DNA of 32,000 bases from positions 2,940,001 to 2,972,000 of the forward strand of contig JALDRA010000001.1 in the NCBI GenBank assembly GCA_031316235.1, read 5' to 3'. Every line of letters begins with the position of its first letter. Within the stretch, counting starts at the first letter, position 1. Source of the DNA: Candidatus Scalindua sp. (lineage in GTDB: Bacteria > Planctomycetota > Brocadiia > Brocadiales > Scalinduaceae). Below, one piece after another: positions 1 through 9,243 of the stretch. A model generated the notes under the pieces. That model was given only the letters and a program-made list of their open reading frames with translations, made no database searches and was not told where the DNA came from. The position numbers and the translations under genes are program-made.

Positions 1-9
1 CATTTACCA

Positions 10-576
10 TTACCTGGGCTGTAATATATTTCTAACGAGTTTTCGGCAGATTTTTTGTGCAAGGCTGTTTAATGAGTCTTTCATGAACCAGGAGCTCTTT
101 CCCGTTTGTGATTTGCTTGCAGTCCACAAAATCTCCCCGCTCTCCACATCGAGAAGGCGGATATTTATCCCCACAACAGGAACTTCACTCAAGTCCATTT
201 TGTATCGGTACTCTGAAACAGATCCAAAAATTACCGTATCCACTCCCAGAAGTTTCCCGATTTCTCCTGCAGAAATATTGTCTAAAACAGATTCAAGATA
301 GTCCTCATCATAATATTTACTCTTTGTAAGTTTCTCGTGTATCGCGGATTGTTCCATCATCTGGAAATTCGGAACGGTATAGAGTTCTGAAGCCATGAGG
401 TCGGTAACGATTTTTCCTGCCTGGGGATTGTTTGTGTGGTTTGCAAAACAAAGCAAAGCGACGTATCTTGCCCTGGAATGTATCTCTTCAGCTTTTATAA
501 AGCCCTGTTGGTTTGTCTGGCAGGAAAGAGGTGTTGTGGCTATCAAAAGGAGGATAAAAACTTTTAATGTTTTCAT
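10..576 (-). CDS. Secreted lipoprotein, CsgG/LpoB/PelC-like (family assigned by recall only)
   Basis: Complete 188-aa ORF (ATG at 576, TAA at 10-12). It has a signal peptide with lipobox PLSC (MKTLKVFILLLIATTPLSC). The body motifs GKIVTDLMASELY, LLGVDTVIFGSVSEY and VGINIRLLDVESGEILW resemble small periplasmic ring-forming lipoproteins. Confidence 0.6.
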   Translation of the reverse strand: MKTLKVFILLLIATTPLSCQTNQQGFIKAEEIHSRARYVALLCFANHTNNPQAGKIVTDLMASELYTVPNFQMMEQSAIHEKLTKSKYYDEDYLESVLDNISAGEIGKLLGVDTVIFGSVSEYRYKMDLSEVPVVGINIRLLDVESGEILWTASKSQTGKSSWFMKDSLNSLAQKICRKLVRNILQPR

Positions 577-619
577 GTTTTATCAGTGTATGAAACTGTT
601 TACCTTCGGATTCCTTACT

Positions 620-652
620 ATATTTCAAACAGCAATCTGATGTTTGAAATAT
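620..652. promoter_or_regulatory. Perfect 12-bp inverted repeat with 9-nt spacer, candidate operator
   Basis: ATATTTCAAACA (620-631), then gcaatctga, then TGTTTGAAATAT (641-652). It lies 44-76 nt upstream of the minus-strand lipoprotein start, inside a 660-bp divergent intergenic region. Confidence 0.2.
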
Positions 653-1237
653 GGCTGGCTTTGTAAAAAATCAGGTAAAGCACAGGGATCTTGGATCAGG
701 GAATAAACCCGCCGTATCATGGGTTAAAGCACTTTATGATGCGGCACCATTCAACTTGATTTATTGCCTGTTGTCAATACTATTTTTATCCCTTATCGTT
801 TTGAAACAGGTTAAATCAAATTCCCTGGATCAATTAACGAAGAATTGGGCCCGGTAAATCGAGAAATAAAAGAGCGGCACCAGCGATTCAATAGATCATG
901 AAAAAGGTGATACTTTTTCCTGTTACAAAATAAGGTGTGCTGAAGGGAAGCCATAAGATCGAACCTGAGATCTGGGTAGGGATTTTGTATTTCTGGCGAT
1001 GAAAAATTCCCCCATAAACTGTTGAAATTATGTACATCATGGAGGAAAACAGAGTCGATGGAGACATTACTGAAAAATATATTGAAATAACAGACATTGA
1101 TAAGTCTTGCTGTTTAAACAAATTACCGGTAGTCTTTTTCTCAAAAGAGAGAATTTGGATAAGAAGTTCTTTATTAGGCATCATTTTAGCGGAAGATACT
1201 TCTGAAACAAATTCAAAATCTGTGATTGGAGGTGAAT

Positions 1238-2284
1238 ATGAAAAGTAAAATTCCGAAAATTACCGGTCTGATTTGTATTACAACGATAGTGGGTGTGGTT
1301 AATGTACCACATTCTTTCTGCTCTGATCAACCCGGCAAAGCTGTCTTTGGTGGTACAGCTGCCGTTAATGATTCCCGTCTTGACTATAGACCTGTGCCGG
1401 AAGTCTCACAATGTAACGAGAGTGAGTGGGGGGTATCCGGCCAGAAAGGTATCAGGACAAAGCATGATAATATTCCCTATAGAAAATGGTGTGAAGAGAC
1501 ATTTGTTAATGGTAATTACATCTATACTGCTTATAAGGAGATAGCATTCAATATTACCTATACTCCTGAGCAGGAAAAGGCCGATTTCTGGCAGACACCC
1601 TCTGAAACTGCCAGGATAAAGAGGGGAGACTGTGAGGATGCCGTATTTCTGTTTTTTTCACATATTCATCCGAAACAAAAATATGCTGAAATTGTCTGGG
1701 GTTGGGTGATTGATAGAAAAAGCATGATTGGTAAGGCTCATGTATGGTACCAGATCAAGGATAAGAAGGCTCAGACGTACGTTGTTGAGGCATTTTCTCA
1801 AGACTGGAACGGGATAATACCGCTGGACGTTTTGGAACGAAATGAAATCAGGAAACCCATATTTGTGATTGCTCATACTACCATCGGTAGTCTGGTCAAA
1901 TCTCTTAGGAAAACGGACAACTCTCAGAAAAAAGAAGCAGAAAAGGAGTTATTTAGAGAAACAGGTCTTGGAAGAGAGGAAAGAGACCAGCCGTTTTCTC
2001 AAGAATGGGCGACGCTGTTTTCGCTGCCGGACAACGACCTCTTTGAACGTGTTATAACTATGCAGCATAAATCACGCGTTTCAAACAGGCCTCAAAGATT
2101 TTTTCATAAGCGTAATTTGTCTTTAAACATGAAAGAGATATCCAATATTGTAACAAAATTGCATGAAGTCTTATCCCGCCATATTAACCAGAGGAATGAG
2201 ATTGGTACACAGGCAATGGTTGCGGCACGCAGCGATGATGCAAGACGTTTCTGTCTTACCAGTAATTTTATATGCAGAAGGTAA
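1238..2284 (+). CDS. Secreted transglutaminase-like cysteine peptidase (BTLCP-like) with a basic C-terminal extension
   Basis: ATG at 1238 is preceded by GGAGGTG; the track start at 1226 is a TTG lying inside that SD. The signal peptide is MKSKIPKITGLICITTIVGVV. The motif DFWQTPSETARIKRGDCEDAVFLF (catalytic Cys in GDCED) followed by GKAHVWYQI (His) matches the BTLCP pattern. Confidence 0.75.
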   Translation: MKSKIPKITGLICITTIVGVVNVPHSFCSDQPGKAVFGGTAAVNDSRLDYRPVPEVSQCNESEWGVSGQKGIRTKHDNIPYRKWCEETFVNGNYIYTAYKEIAFNITYTPEQEKADFWQTPSETARIKRGDCEDAVFLFFSHIHPKQKYAEIVWGWVIDRKSMIGKAHVWYQIKDKKAQTYVVEAFSQDWNGIIPLDVLERNEIRKPIFVIAHTTIGSLVKSLRKTDNSQKKEAEKELFRETGLGREERDQPFSQEWATLFSLPDNDLFERVITMQHKSRVSNRPQRFFHKRNLSLNMKEISNIVTKLHEVLSRHINQRNEIGTQAMVAARSDDARRFCLTSNFICRR

Positions 2285-2295
2285 AAGGAGATAGT

Positions 2296-2934
2296 ATGGA
2301 TATTAATTTGCCGGGAATAGATTTTTTTGGAGACGCGTCTGCTGTCTCCTTGAACGAGACGGGTAAGCTTCTGGCATTATCTGGAGAAATGGTTCAGGCA
2401 GAAGGCTCTTTTTCTAAGGCCATCGAGATTGATCCCACGTATCCTCAGAGTTACAAAAACCTCGGAACCATTCAAGCTGCCCAATCAAAGACTCGTGAGG
2501 CTATTAAAAATTTTAAGAAGTTGGCAGAATTAGAGCCTGAAAAAGCAGAACATTTTACGAACCTGGGGATTTTATACTTTTTGGACGGCTCATTTACTGA
2601 TTCGGAAGCAAGTTTTGAAAAAGCACTTGAGCTGGACAAGAATTGTCCTGATGCGCTGTTTAATTTAGGGAAGCTGCTCTTTAATTTAGACAGATCTGAT
2701 GAGGCTGCAGCGAGAATTGAAACTTTTCTTGAAATTTCTCCATCAAATACTGAAGCAATGACAATTCTGGGAATGTGTTATCAAAATAACAATAATGAAG
2801 AGATGGCAAGATCAATATGGGAAAAAGCACTGGAAATAGACCCAGATCTTAAAGAGGTGAGGGTAAGGTTGGATGAGATCTCAGAGTTGTCTGATTTAGG
2901 GAAAAAATTGATGGAGATCTCAGCTGTGCGCTAA
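2296..2934 (+). CDS. TPR-repeat protein
   Basis: ATG at 2296 follows AAGGAG (2285-2290). Repeated 34-aa TPR units are visible (AIEIDPTYPQSYKNLG, LAELEPEKAEHFTNLG, ALELDKNCPDALFNLG, ALEIDPDL). Confidence 0.8.
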   Translation: MDINLPGIDFFGDASAVSLNETGKLLALSGEMVQAEGSFSKAIEIDPTYPQSYKNLGTIQAAQSKTREAIKNFKKLAELEPEKAEHFTNLGILYFLDGSFTDSEASFEKALELDKNCPDALFNLGKLLFNLDRSDEAAARIETFLEISPSNTEAMTILGMCYQNNNNEEMARSIWEKALEIDPDLKEVRVRLDEISELSDLGKKLMEISAVR

Positions 2935-2937
2935 CGG

Positions 2938-3041
2938 TACTCATCTTATAATGGTTTTCGAATAAAATCCGAGAAAAAAATGAGCGAATACCCCAGCAAC
3001 CAGGCTTTGGTTTTCAGAAAAACCAAATCGGTTTTAGTATA
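2938..3041 (-). mobile_element. MITE-like repeat, copy A (104 bp, short variant, degenerate outer end)
   Basis: TACTCATCTTATAATGGTTTTCGAATAAAATCCGAG...AAACCAAATCGGTTTTAGTATA aligns with the six other copies. It starts 3 nt after the TPR gene stop codon. Confidence 0.8.
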
Positions 3042-3100
3042 GTTATGGTTCAACAGTTCGAAAGTTGGATCTCATATTTGTTGTGGAAACGGATTTGAAA

Positions 3101-4444
3101 ATGGAAAATGAATTAAGGAAAGGGGAAGAACTCTTTACGGAGGGCAGAATTGATGATGCTGAAGACCAATTCCTTTCAATTGTGAAAAGAGATAACAACA
3201 GTAAGGAGGCGTATAATAACCTCGGGGTTATCGCTTTTCAGAAGAACGATATCAAGAGAGCGATAGAGTATTTTACCCGCTCTTTGGAGATAGATTATTC
3301 ATACAAAGATGCGGTAATTAATTATACCGATTTACTTGGATCTCTCAATCAATCTCAGATAGCCATACCACTTTTGGAGAAAATTGTAGAGGATAACCCT
3401 CGTGACAATGAAATGAGAAGGCTTTTGGAGGAAATCAGCCCTCAAAAACACCCACAGGCAAAAATGGTTGTCTTATGCCTTCCCGGACTGGAATCATTCC
3501 TGGATGAGCTCGTCAATTTTCTTGGAAAACAATATGAGGTGAAGAGCTGTTACAGCCACGATCAACACGAGATTGAATCTGCCGTTCAATGGGCAGACAT
3601 AGTCTGGCTGGAATGGGCAAATGAACTCTCCATCAATCTAACCAATCATGCAGCGTTGTTAGAAAGGAAACACGTAATCTGCCGTTTACATAGTTATGAG
3701 GCATTTGTTCCTTTCGCTCAACAGATCAGGTGGGAGAAGGTAAATGATTTACTATTTGTTGCAGAACACATTAAGCATATTGTTCTTCAGCAGGTTCCAG
3801 ATCTTCCTGAGAAGGTGAAGAATATTCATATTGTTCCCAACGGAATCGATTTGAATAAATTTCCCCTTAAAGAGAGACCGAGGGGGAAAAATCTTGCATT
3901 CCTGGGCCATATTAATTTCAAGAAGGGTCCCATGCTTCTTTTACACGCATTCAGAGAATTGGCTCAAACTGACGGTGAATATCGTTTATGTATTGCGGGA
4001 GAATTCCAGGAAATAAGGTACCGGCTTTACTTTAACCAGATGATAGAAGAGATGGGGCTGGAAGAGAAAGTCCGGTTCGACGGATGGGTAGAGGATGTAA
4101 ATACCTGGTTTGAAGATAAAGACTATATTGTTTGTACCAGCGTACTCGAGGGACATCCGGTTGGCGTGATGGAGGCGATGGCATGCGGTCTCAAACCGCT
4201 CATCCACAATTATGTGGGTGCTCGGGGAAGCTACCCTGATCAATATATCTGGAACACAATTCCTGAATTTATCGAAATGGTTACCGATGGGAATTATGAT
4301 TCTCTGGAATATAGAAAATTTATTGAAACAAATTACAGCCTTGAGATGCAGTTGGAGAAAGTAGACAGAATCATTTCAGATGGATGCAAAGAAAAGCGGG
4401 GAAAACCTCAATCTGTCAGGAATCGAATCATCGAAACAGATTGA
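3101..4444 (+). CDS. TPR domain fused to a family-1 (GT4-type) glycosyltransferase
   Basis: N-terminal TPR units (EAYNNLGVIAFQKNDIKRAIEYFTRSLEID) are followed by a C-terminal GT-B domain with the E-x7-E region EGHPVGVMEAMACGLKPLIHNY. The start is uncertain: ATG at 3101 or TTG at 3065. Confidence 0.8.
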   Translation: MENELRKGEELFTEGRIDDAEDQFLSIVKRDNNSKEAYNNLGVIAFQKNDIKRAIEYFTRSLEIDYSYKDAVINYTDLLGSLNQSQIAIPLLEKIVEDNPRDNEMRRLLEEISPQKHPQAKMVVLCLPGLESFLDELVNFLGKQYEVKSCYSHDQHEIESAVQWADIVWLEWANELSINLTNHAALLERKHVICRLHSYEAFVPFAQQIRWEKVNDLLFVAEHIKHIVLQQVPDLPEKVKNIHIVPNGIDLNKFPLKERPRGKNLAFLGHINFKKGPMLLLHAFRELAQTDGEYRLCIAGEFQEIRYRLYFNQMIEEMGLEEKVRFDGWVEDVNTWFEDKDYIVCTSVLEGHPVGVMEAMACGLKPLIHNYVGARGSYPDQYIWNTIPEFIEMVTDGNYDSLEYRKFIETNYSLEMQLEKVDRIISDGCKEKRGKPQSVRNRIIETD

Positions 4445-4500
4445 TTTCTCCTTATAAAGAAAACAGGGAATTATCATCCCCGGGAATATCAGGAAATAGT

Positions 4501-5637
4501 ATGCTTTACATAAACAACTACCATATGGACATCTTGACCAGAAATGTCCCCTGTCCTGTCCGGTTAAACATTGAACTCACAACACATTGTAATCTGAAAT
4601 GTGTTATGTGCAGGGGGAGGCAGAATTATGTGGAAGAAAAAGAAGCGGGAAGGCATTTGACCACAGATGAATTTGTTCGTATCCTCAATGGTACAGATTT
4701 AAACAGGCTGAGAATTTTAAACCTGGCAGGTTCTGCTGAACCTTTATTAAATCCTGATATTTTTTCGATTCTGGATGTATGCAGAAAAAAGAAGCTCATC
4801 GTTGAATTTATAACGAATGGTATGCTTCTGACGCCTCAGATCTCAAAACAGATAGCAGGGTTTTCAAGCGGGATTCACATAAGTTTTGGAGGTTCAAAGA
4901 AGGAAACGTTTGAATCCATTCGTAACGGTTCAGACTTTGAACTTGTCTGCGAAAACATACGGACCATTGGCAGGATCAAGAAGGAGTGTAATCAACGTTA
5001 TCCTCTCGTCTGGCTAAATCCAATACTTATGAAAAGGAACATTCACGAACTGCCCGGAATAATTGAACTGGCGAAGGAACTGGGCTGTCAGGGAGTCTCC
5101 TGTTCACATCTGACCGTAAACAGTCCGGAATTGATCGAGGAAAGTCTCTTTTTTCATAAAGAAACAGGTAATCATTTTCTTCATGAGGCCTCGGAACTGG
5201 CCCGGAGATACAAAATTGCCATAATCAGACCTGAAAGCTTTTCACTTGAACCCGATTGTAATGAAAAGAGAAATAAGACAGAGGCATGGAAAAAGTGCAG
5301 GTTCTTATGGAACCATGCAATAGTGGGTTTAAGGGGAATCGAACCTTGTTCATCTAATAAGGTGATAGATTTTGATGGTGACGTCATTAGAAACAAATTC
5401 ACGGATATCTGGAATAATGATTGGTATGCCGATATGCGATACCGGTTGCTTACCGGTACCCCACCTCAATATTGCAAAAACTGTACAGACCCGTCCGTAA
5501 AGGATCCGGATCATATCAGCTCATATTTTAAGGAAGAGATACTTTCTGATGCATTTGATTATGTCAGAAAAAATCCGAAACTGTCTCAAAAAAATCAATT
5601 GGAAAAGAGTGGAGTTCCTGTTCTATCAAGCAATTAG
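4501..5637 (+). CDS. Radical SAM enzyme with C-terminal Cys-rich (SPASM/twitch-like) region
   Basis: The CxxxCxxC cluster is in LTTHCNLKCVMCRG. C-terminal cysteines occur in CRFLWNHAIVGLRGIEPCS and YCKNCTD. ATG at 4501 avoids the overlap with the upstream gene that the 4384 track start implies. Confidence 0.8.
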   Translation: MLYINNYHMDILTRNVPCPVRLNIELTTHCNLKCVMCRGRQNYVEEKEAGRHLTTDEFVRILNGTDLNRLRILNLAGSAEPLLNPDIFSILDVCRKKKLIVEFITNGMLLTPQISKQIAGFSSGIHISFGGSKKETFESIRNGSDFELVCENIRTIGRIKKECNQRYPLVWLNPILMKRNIHELPGIIELAKELGCQGVSCSHLTVNSPELIEESLFFHKETGNHFLHEASELARRYKIAIIRPESFSLEPDCNEKRNKTEAWKKCRFLWNHAIVGLRGIEPCSSNKVIDFDGDVIRNKFTDIWNNDWYADMRYRLLTGTPPQYCKNCTDPSVKDPDHISSYFKEEILSDAFDYVRKNPKLSQKNQLEKSGVPVLSSN

Positions 5638-5657
5638 CATAAAAAGGGTGGTGACTA

Positions 5658-6509
5658 ATGAATAAGGGAAGGGTGTTGATAATCGTTCCGTCATTCCGTG
5701 AAGAAAAAAATATATTTCACGTTATTTCGGGGCTAAGGGTGCATGTGCCCCATCTTGATATTTTAATCATTGATGATGGTTCAAAAGACAGAACCCAGGA
5801 GATCGCGGCGGATAATGGAGTTAAAGTTTTAAAGCACCCCTTCAATATGGGGTATGGCGTTGCGGTACAGACAGGGTATAAATATGCGGTAAAGCATGAT
5901 TATGATATAGTAGTTCAAATTGATGGTGATGGTCAGCATGATCCGAAATTTATCACTCCGCTGATCAGGACGTTGCAGCAAAGCAGAGCGGATGTTGTTA
6001 TCGGTTCCCGATTCTTAAAAGGGGGCGGATATGATGCCCCATTCATAAGAAAAGCGGGTATCAAATTTTTTTCTAAGATTGCGAGTGTTATCACAAAGCA
6101 GAAATTTACCGATTCGACATCCGGACAACAGGCCTTGAGCAGGAGAGTTTTCACCTACTTTTCCGAGCTGGACAATTTTCCCTACGATTATCCCGATGCA
6201 GATACGATTATAACCTTGTGTTTTGCCGGATTTAAGATCAAGGAAATCCCTGTCCACATGCATGACAGGATGAAGGGGAAGTCAATGATCTCGGGTATCA
6301 GGGTCATTATTTATGTCATACAGATGCTGATATCCATATTCATCATTCTCATCAGAAAGAGGAAGATAGCCAATGGCTATATACAAAGCAGCATAAACAC
6401 AAGACCGGAAGTGAAAAAGAGTGTTACAAAACTTAAGATTAAACATAAAATTAAACCAAAGATTAAGTCGAAACACAGGCTGCTGCATCCTCGTGTCTCT
6501 CTCAATTAA
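5658..6509 (+). CDS. Family-2 glycosyltransferase (polyprenyl-phosphate sugar transferase, DPM1/GtrB-like) with Lys-rich tail
   Basis: Motifs: VLIIVPSFREEKNI, ILIIDDGSKDRT, QIDGDGQHDP, one C-terminal TM helix, and the tail KLKIKHKIKPKIKSKH. An SD sequence AGGGTGGTG lies upstream. Confidence 0.85.
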   Translation: MNKGRVLIIVPSFREEKNIFHVISGLRVHVPHLDILIIDDGSKDRTQEIAADNGVKVLKHPFNMGYGVAVQTGYKYAVKHDYDIVVQIDGDGQHDPKFITPLIRTLQQSRADVVIGSRFLKGGGYDAPFIRKAGIKFFSKIASVITKQKFTDSTSGQQALSRRVFTYFSELDNFPYDYPDADTIITLCFAGFKIKEIPVHMHDRMKGKSMISGIRVIIYVIQMLISIFIILIRKRKIANGYIQSSINTRPEVKKSVTKLKIKHKIKPKIKSKHRLLHPRVSLN

Positions 6510-6581
6510 GGGACGGATCAGAAATAAGCCTCTATTATATTCCGTCTGATGATCCGCCGGTACCCGATTGCAAATTCTAAT

Positions 6582-6953
6582 ATGGCTACCAATTATATTT
6601 TTATACAGACAATTTCAGTATTAACCTTTATGTATATCATTCGGCTTATATACACGCACAAACTGAGGATTGGTAATTCGTGGTTTCTGTTTCTCCTGGG
6701 AATGGGTTTTCTTGTATTGACAGTTTTTCCGAAAACCATAAACATCCTTGGTTACATGACAGGTTCGACTTCCTGGTTGAGCAATATACTGTTTTTTCTG
6801 ATCATGTTTTTATTTATCATAATCGTCCACTGCACTCTCATGATAAAAGGACTGATCAGTCGGGTGAAAGAACTGGGGCAGCAGTTAGCACTCCTGAACT
6901 CTGAAATTGACGAGAAAAATTCATTACATAATCGAGAAACTCAATCCGCTTGA
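6582..6953 (+). CDS. Small membrane protein, DUF2304-like (usual partner of this GT2 type)
   Basis: Three or four TM helices, then an amphipathic tail VKELGQQLALLNSEI. Its position directly after the GT2 matches the GT2-DUF2304 pairing I recall. The start is either 6582 or 6549. Confidence 0.6.
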   Translation: MATNYIFIQTISVLTFMYIIRLIYTHKLRIGNSWFLFLLGMGFLVLTVFPKTINILGYMTGSTSWLSNILFFLIMFLFIIIVHCTLMIKGLISRVKELGQQLALLNSEIDEKNSLHNRETQSA

Positions 6954-7009
6954 TCTGCCAGTTTCACTATACTGTTTGTATTCATTTCAATTGGCACTTG
7001 ATTGAGCCG

Positions 7010-8008
7010 TCAACTGAAGCTCCATCTCAGCATTTCATATACGTCTCTAAGGTTTTTTCCTGTCTCCAAAACAACGGTAGGTTCAAATCCGCAATGTACC
7101 ATACAATTACGACAGCGGGGGTCTTTTCCGCTTTCGAATTTGTCCCAGTCTGTGGTGTCCATAAATTCCCTGAAAGTGCTGAAATGGGATTCTGTGATCA
7201 TATAGCAGGGGCTTTTCCAGCCGTGATAGTTTCTCGTTGGATTACCCCATGGAGTGCACATCAGATCTCTTTCGCCTTTAAGAAATTTTAAGTAGAGGGG
7301 GGTGTTCAGAATCTTGTATTTTTTTGATAGTTCATAGATAAAACTGAATTTTCGATAGAATTCCTCTTTTTGAATAAAGATATCGTTTGTATTATCCTCA
7401 AAACTGAAACCTGGTGATACGAGTATTCCATCGATATGCATTGTTGTGAGAAGTTTAAATAACTCCTCTATTTCCCGTGGATCGGAATCTTTGTAGATTG
7501 TCGTGTTTGTGCACACGTTAAAGCCCGATTGCTTGGCTTTCTTTATAGCATCAGTTGCCTTTTGAAAAACACCTTTTGCTCCGACAATACGGTCATGAGT
7601 TTCTGAAAGTCCATCCAGATGGACGTTAATGTTCAGTCGTGAATCAGGATGGAATTTCCTGAGGGAATCGGCAAGGGTGATTCCGTTTGTGCAGAGATAA
7701 ATGTGCCGTTTTTTTGAGAGAACTCCCTGTACGATCTTATCAATATCGGGGTGCAGGAGCGGTTCTCCACCCGTAATCGTAATAACGGGTGAACGGCACT
7801 CCTCTACTACGGACATGCAATCCTCAAAACTCATCATTCTATCCATAGTATCTTTAAATTCCCTTATTCTACCGCAACCTTCACATGCAAGGTTGCATTT
7901 ATGGGTAATCTCAAGCATCAGCACAAGCGGAAAACGCTTGACAAATGAGAATTTGTTTTTGATGAGATATTTTACAAGAGAATAGGTTAATTTTAATGAA
8001 CCTCTCAT
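7010..8008 (-). CDS. hpnH: Adenosylhopane synthase, hopanoid-associated radical SAM protein HpnH
   Basis: N-terminus KRFPLVLMLEITHKCNLACEGCGRIREF, then ITGGEPLLHPDI and HIYLCTNG. The C-terminal domain CTPWGNPTRNYHGWKSPCYMI...DPRCRNCMVHCGFEP is typical of HpnH. Confidence 0.9.
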   Translation of the reverse strand: MRGSLKLTYSLVKYLIKNKFSFVKRFPLVLMLEITHKCNLACEGCGRIREFKDTMDRMMSFEDCMSVVEECRSPVITITGGEPLLHPDIDKIVQGVLSKKRHIYLCTNGITLADSLRKFHPDSRLNINVHLDGLSETHDRIVGAKGVFQKATDAIKKAKQSGFNVCTNTTIYKDSDPREIEELFKLLTTMHIDGILVSPGFSFEDNTNDIFIQKEEFYRKFSFIYELSKKYKILNTPLYLKFLKGERDLMCTPWGNPTRNYHGWKSPCYMITESHFSTFREFMDTTDWDKFESGKDPRCRNCMVHCGFEPTVVLETGKNLRDVYEMLRWSFS

Positions 8009-8081
8009 TTTTATGTTAGAGCCTGCGATAGCCTGCCCAAATGTGTCGAGCGGGGGTATGAGCTAAATTCTATGAAATAAT

Positions 8082-8110
8082 TTGACATAAATATAGAGTT
8101 ATGATAGATT
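8082..8110 (+). promoter_or_regulatory. Candidate sigma70 promoter for hpnG
   Basis: TTGACA (8082-8087), 17-nt spacer, TAGATT (8105-8110), preceded by TGa (extended -10). It lies about 90 nt upstream of the hpnG ATG. Confidence 0.3.
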
Positions 8111-8200
8111 TCCGAATTCAAAGAGTATTGGTTGTAAAAAGTTCAAAAACTTCTATAGTATAGAATAGTTGTCAACTGTCAAGGGAAAAGAGGGGAAGGA

Positions 8201-8989
8201 ATGATAGCTGTCTGCTGCGCGCTGCCACAAGAACTAAACCCTCTTATATCTTGTGCGAATATTAGAAAAAAGTTTCATTTTGAAAAATCGATTTTTTATC
8301 AAGCAGATCTGAAAGGCCGGCCTGTCATTTTTGTTCAAACAGGGATTGGCAGAGAGAACGCTGTTAAAGCAACTACTCATCTTCTGCAGACCATAAATAT
8401 TACTATAGTAATATCGTCCGGGGTAGCAGGAGGTATAAGGGAAGGGATCCATGTAGGTGATTTGATATTTGCCGAAAATGTTCACTATTGCAGGCAAGGT
8501 GACTTTGGAGGAGAGAGATTACCCGTAGAGTCAGCTTTCACGGTCAAGGGCGAGCTTGTCCAGCTGGCCCTGGAACTGAGTGATAGATTAGGAGTGAAAT
8601 ATCATTGTGGTGATGTTCTGACGGTAGACAAGGTGATAGCACGTGCTGAGACAAAAAGAAAGATCGGGCGCCAGGATTCATTTATAGCCGTAGATATGGA
8701 AAGTGCTGCTATTGCTCAAATTGCTCGTGATAAGGATATAGATTTTGTGATCATACGTTCAGTCTCTGACGATGTAGATGATGACCTTGCAATAGATACC
8801 GATAACCTGATAACTGATACGGGAAAGGTCAGGATTTCTAACCTGGCCGTGAATATTATGAGGGACCCAAAGCAATTAGCAAATCTCAGACGCTTAAATA
8901 AACAGACGAAAAAGGCAGCACGATGTTTGTCTGCTTTCATGCGTGAATATATTCCCCTCCTCTATGAAAAGAAGATAGTTGATTGCTGA
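8201..8989 (+). CDS. hpnG: Hopanoid-associated nucleoside phosphorylase/nucleosidase HpnG (PNP/UDP family)
   Basis: PNP_UDP-type motifs (FVQTGIGRENA, SSGVAGG, AVDMESAAIA, IRSVSD). The gene is divergent from hpnH. Confidence 0.8.
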   Translation: MIAVCCALPQELNPLISCANIRKKFHFEKSIFYQADLKGRPVIFVQTGIGRENAVKATTHLLQTINITIVISSGVAGGIREGIHVGDLIFAENVHYCRQGDFGGERLPVESAFTVKGELVQLALELSDRLGVKYHCGDVLTVDKVIARAETKRKIGRQDSFIAVDMESAAIAQIARDKDIDFVIIRSVSDDVDDDLAIDTDNLITDTGKVRISNLAVNIMRDPKQLANLRRLNKQTKKAARCLSAFMREYIPLLYEKKIVDC

Positions 8990-9243
8990 AAGAGTAGCGG
9001 AACAAGGTGAGCTGAAAGAGAGAAGTGTAAAAAGAAAATTGAACGGTTTACAAAGGAATATCCTTTTTTCAACAACCTGAATAATTCCTTACCTGGCCGG
9101 ATGCAGCGAGTTGCTCTGTCAGAGTGTACACATAAAGAGATTATTTTTTTAACAGTATCGTTAGAAAAACCAGAAAACTCTAGCGATTACCTGCCTGAAA
9201 AAACCTGGGTGGGAAAAGGACTATATTTTTAAAGGAGATTTTT

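Noticed and set aside
651-1184. Small ORFs at 651-857 (+) and 888-1184 (-)
   Set aside because: Neither has an SD sequence or a recognisable family, and both sit in a long AT-rich spacer. They are kept only as a note in the finding on the 577-1237 intergenic region.
4384-4500. N-terminal extensions implied by the longest-ORF track (4384 for the radical SAM gene, 22212 for ispB, 24215 for DUF62, 1226 and 2272 for the first two cluster genes)
   Set aside because: Internal ATG codons with SD sequences at proper spacing, or with homolog-like N-termini, are better starts. The extensions overlap upstream genes or add implausible leaders.
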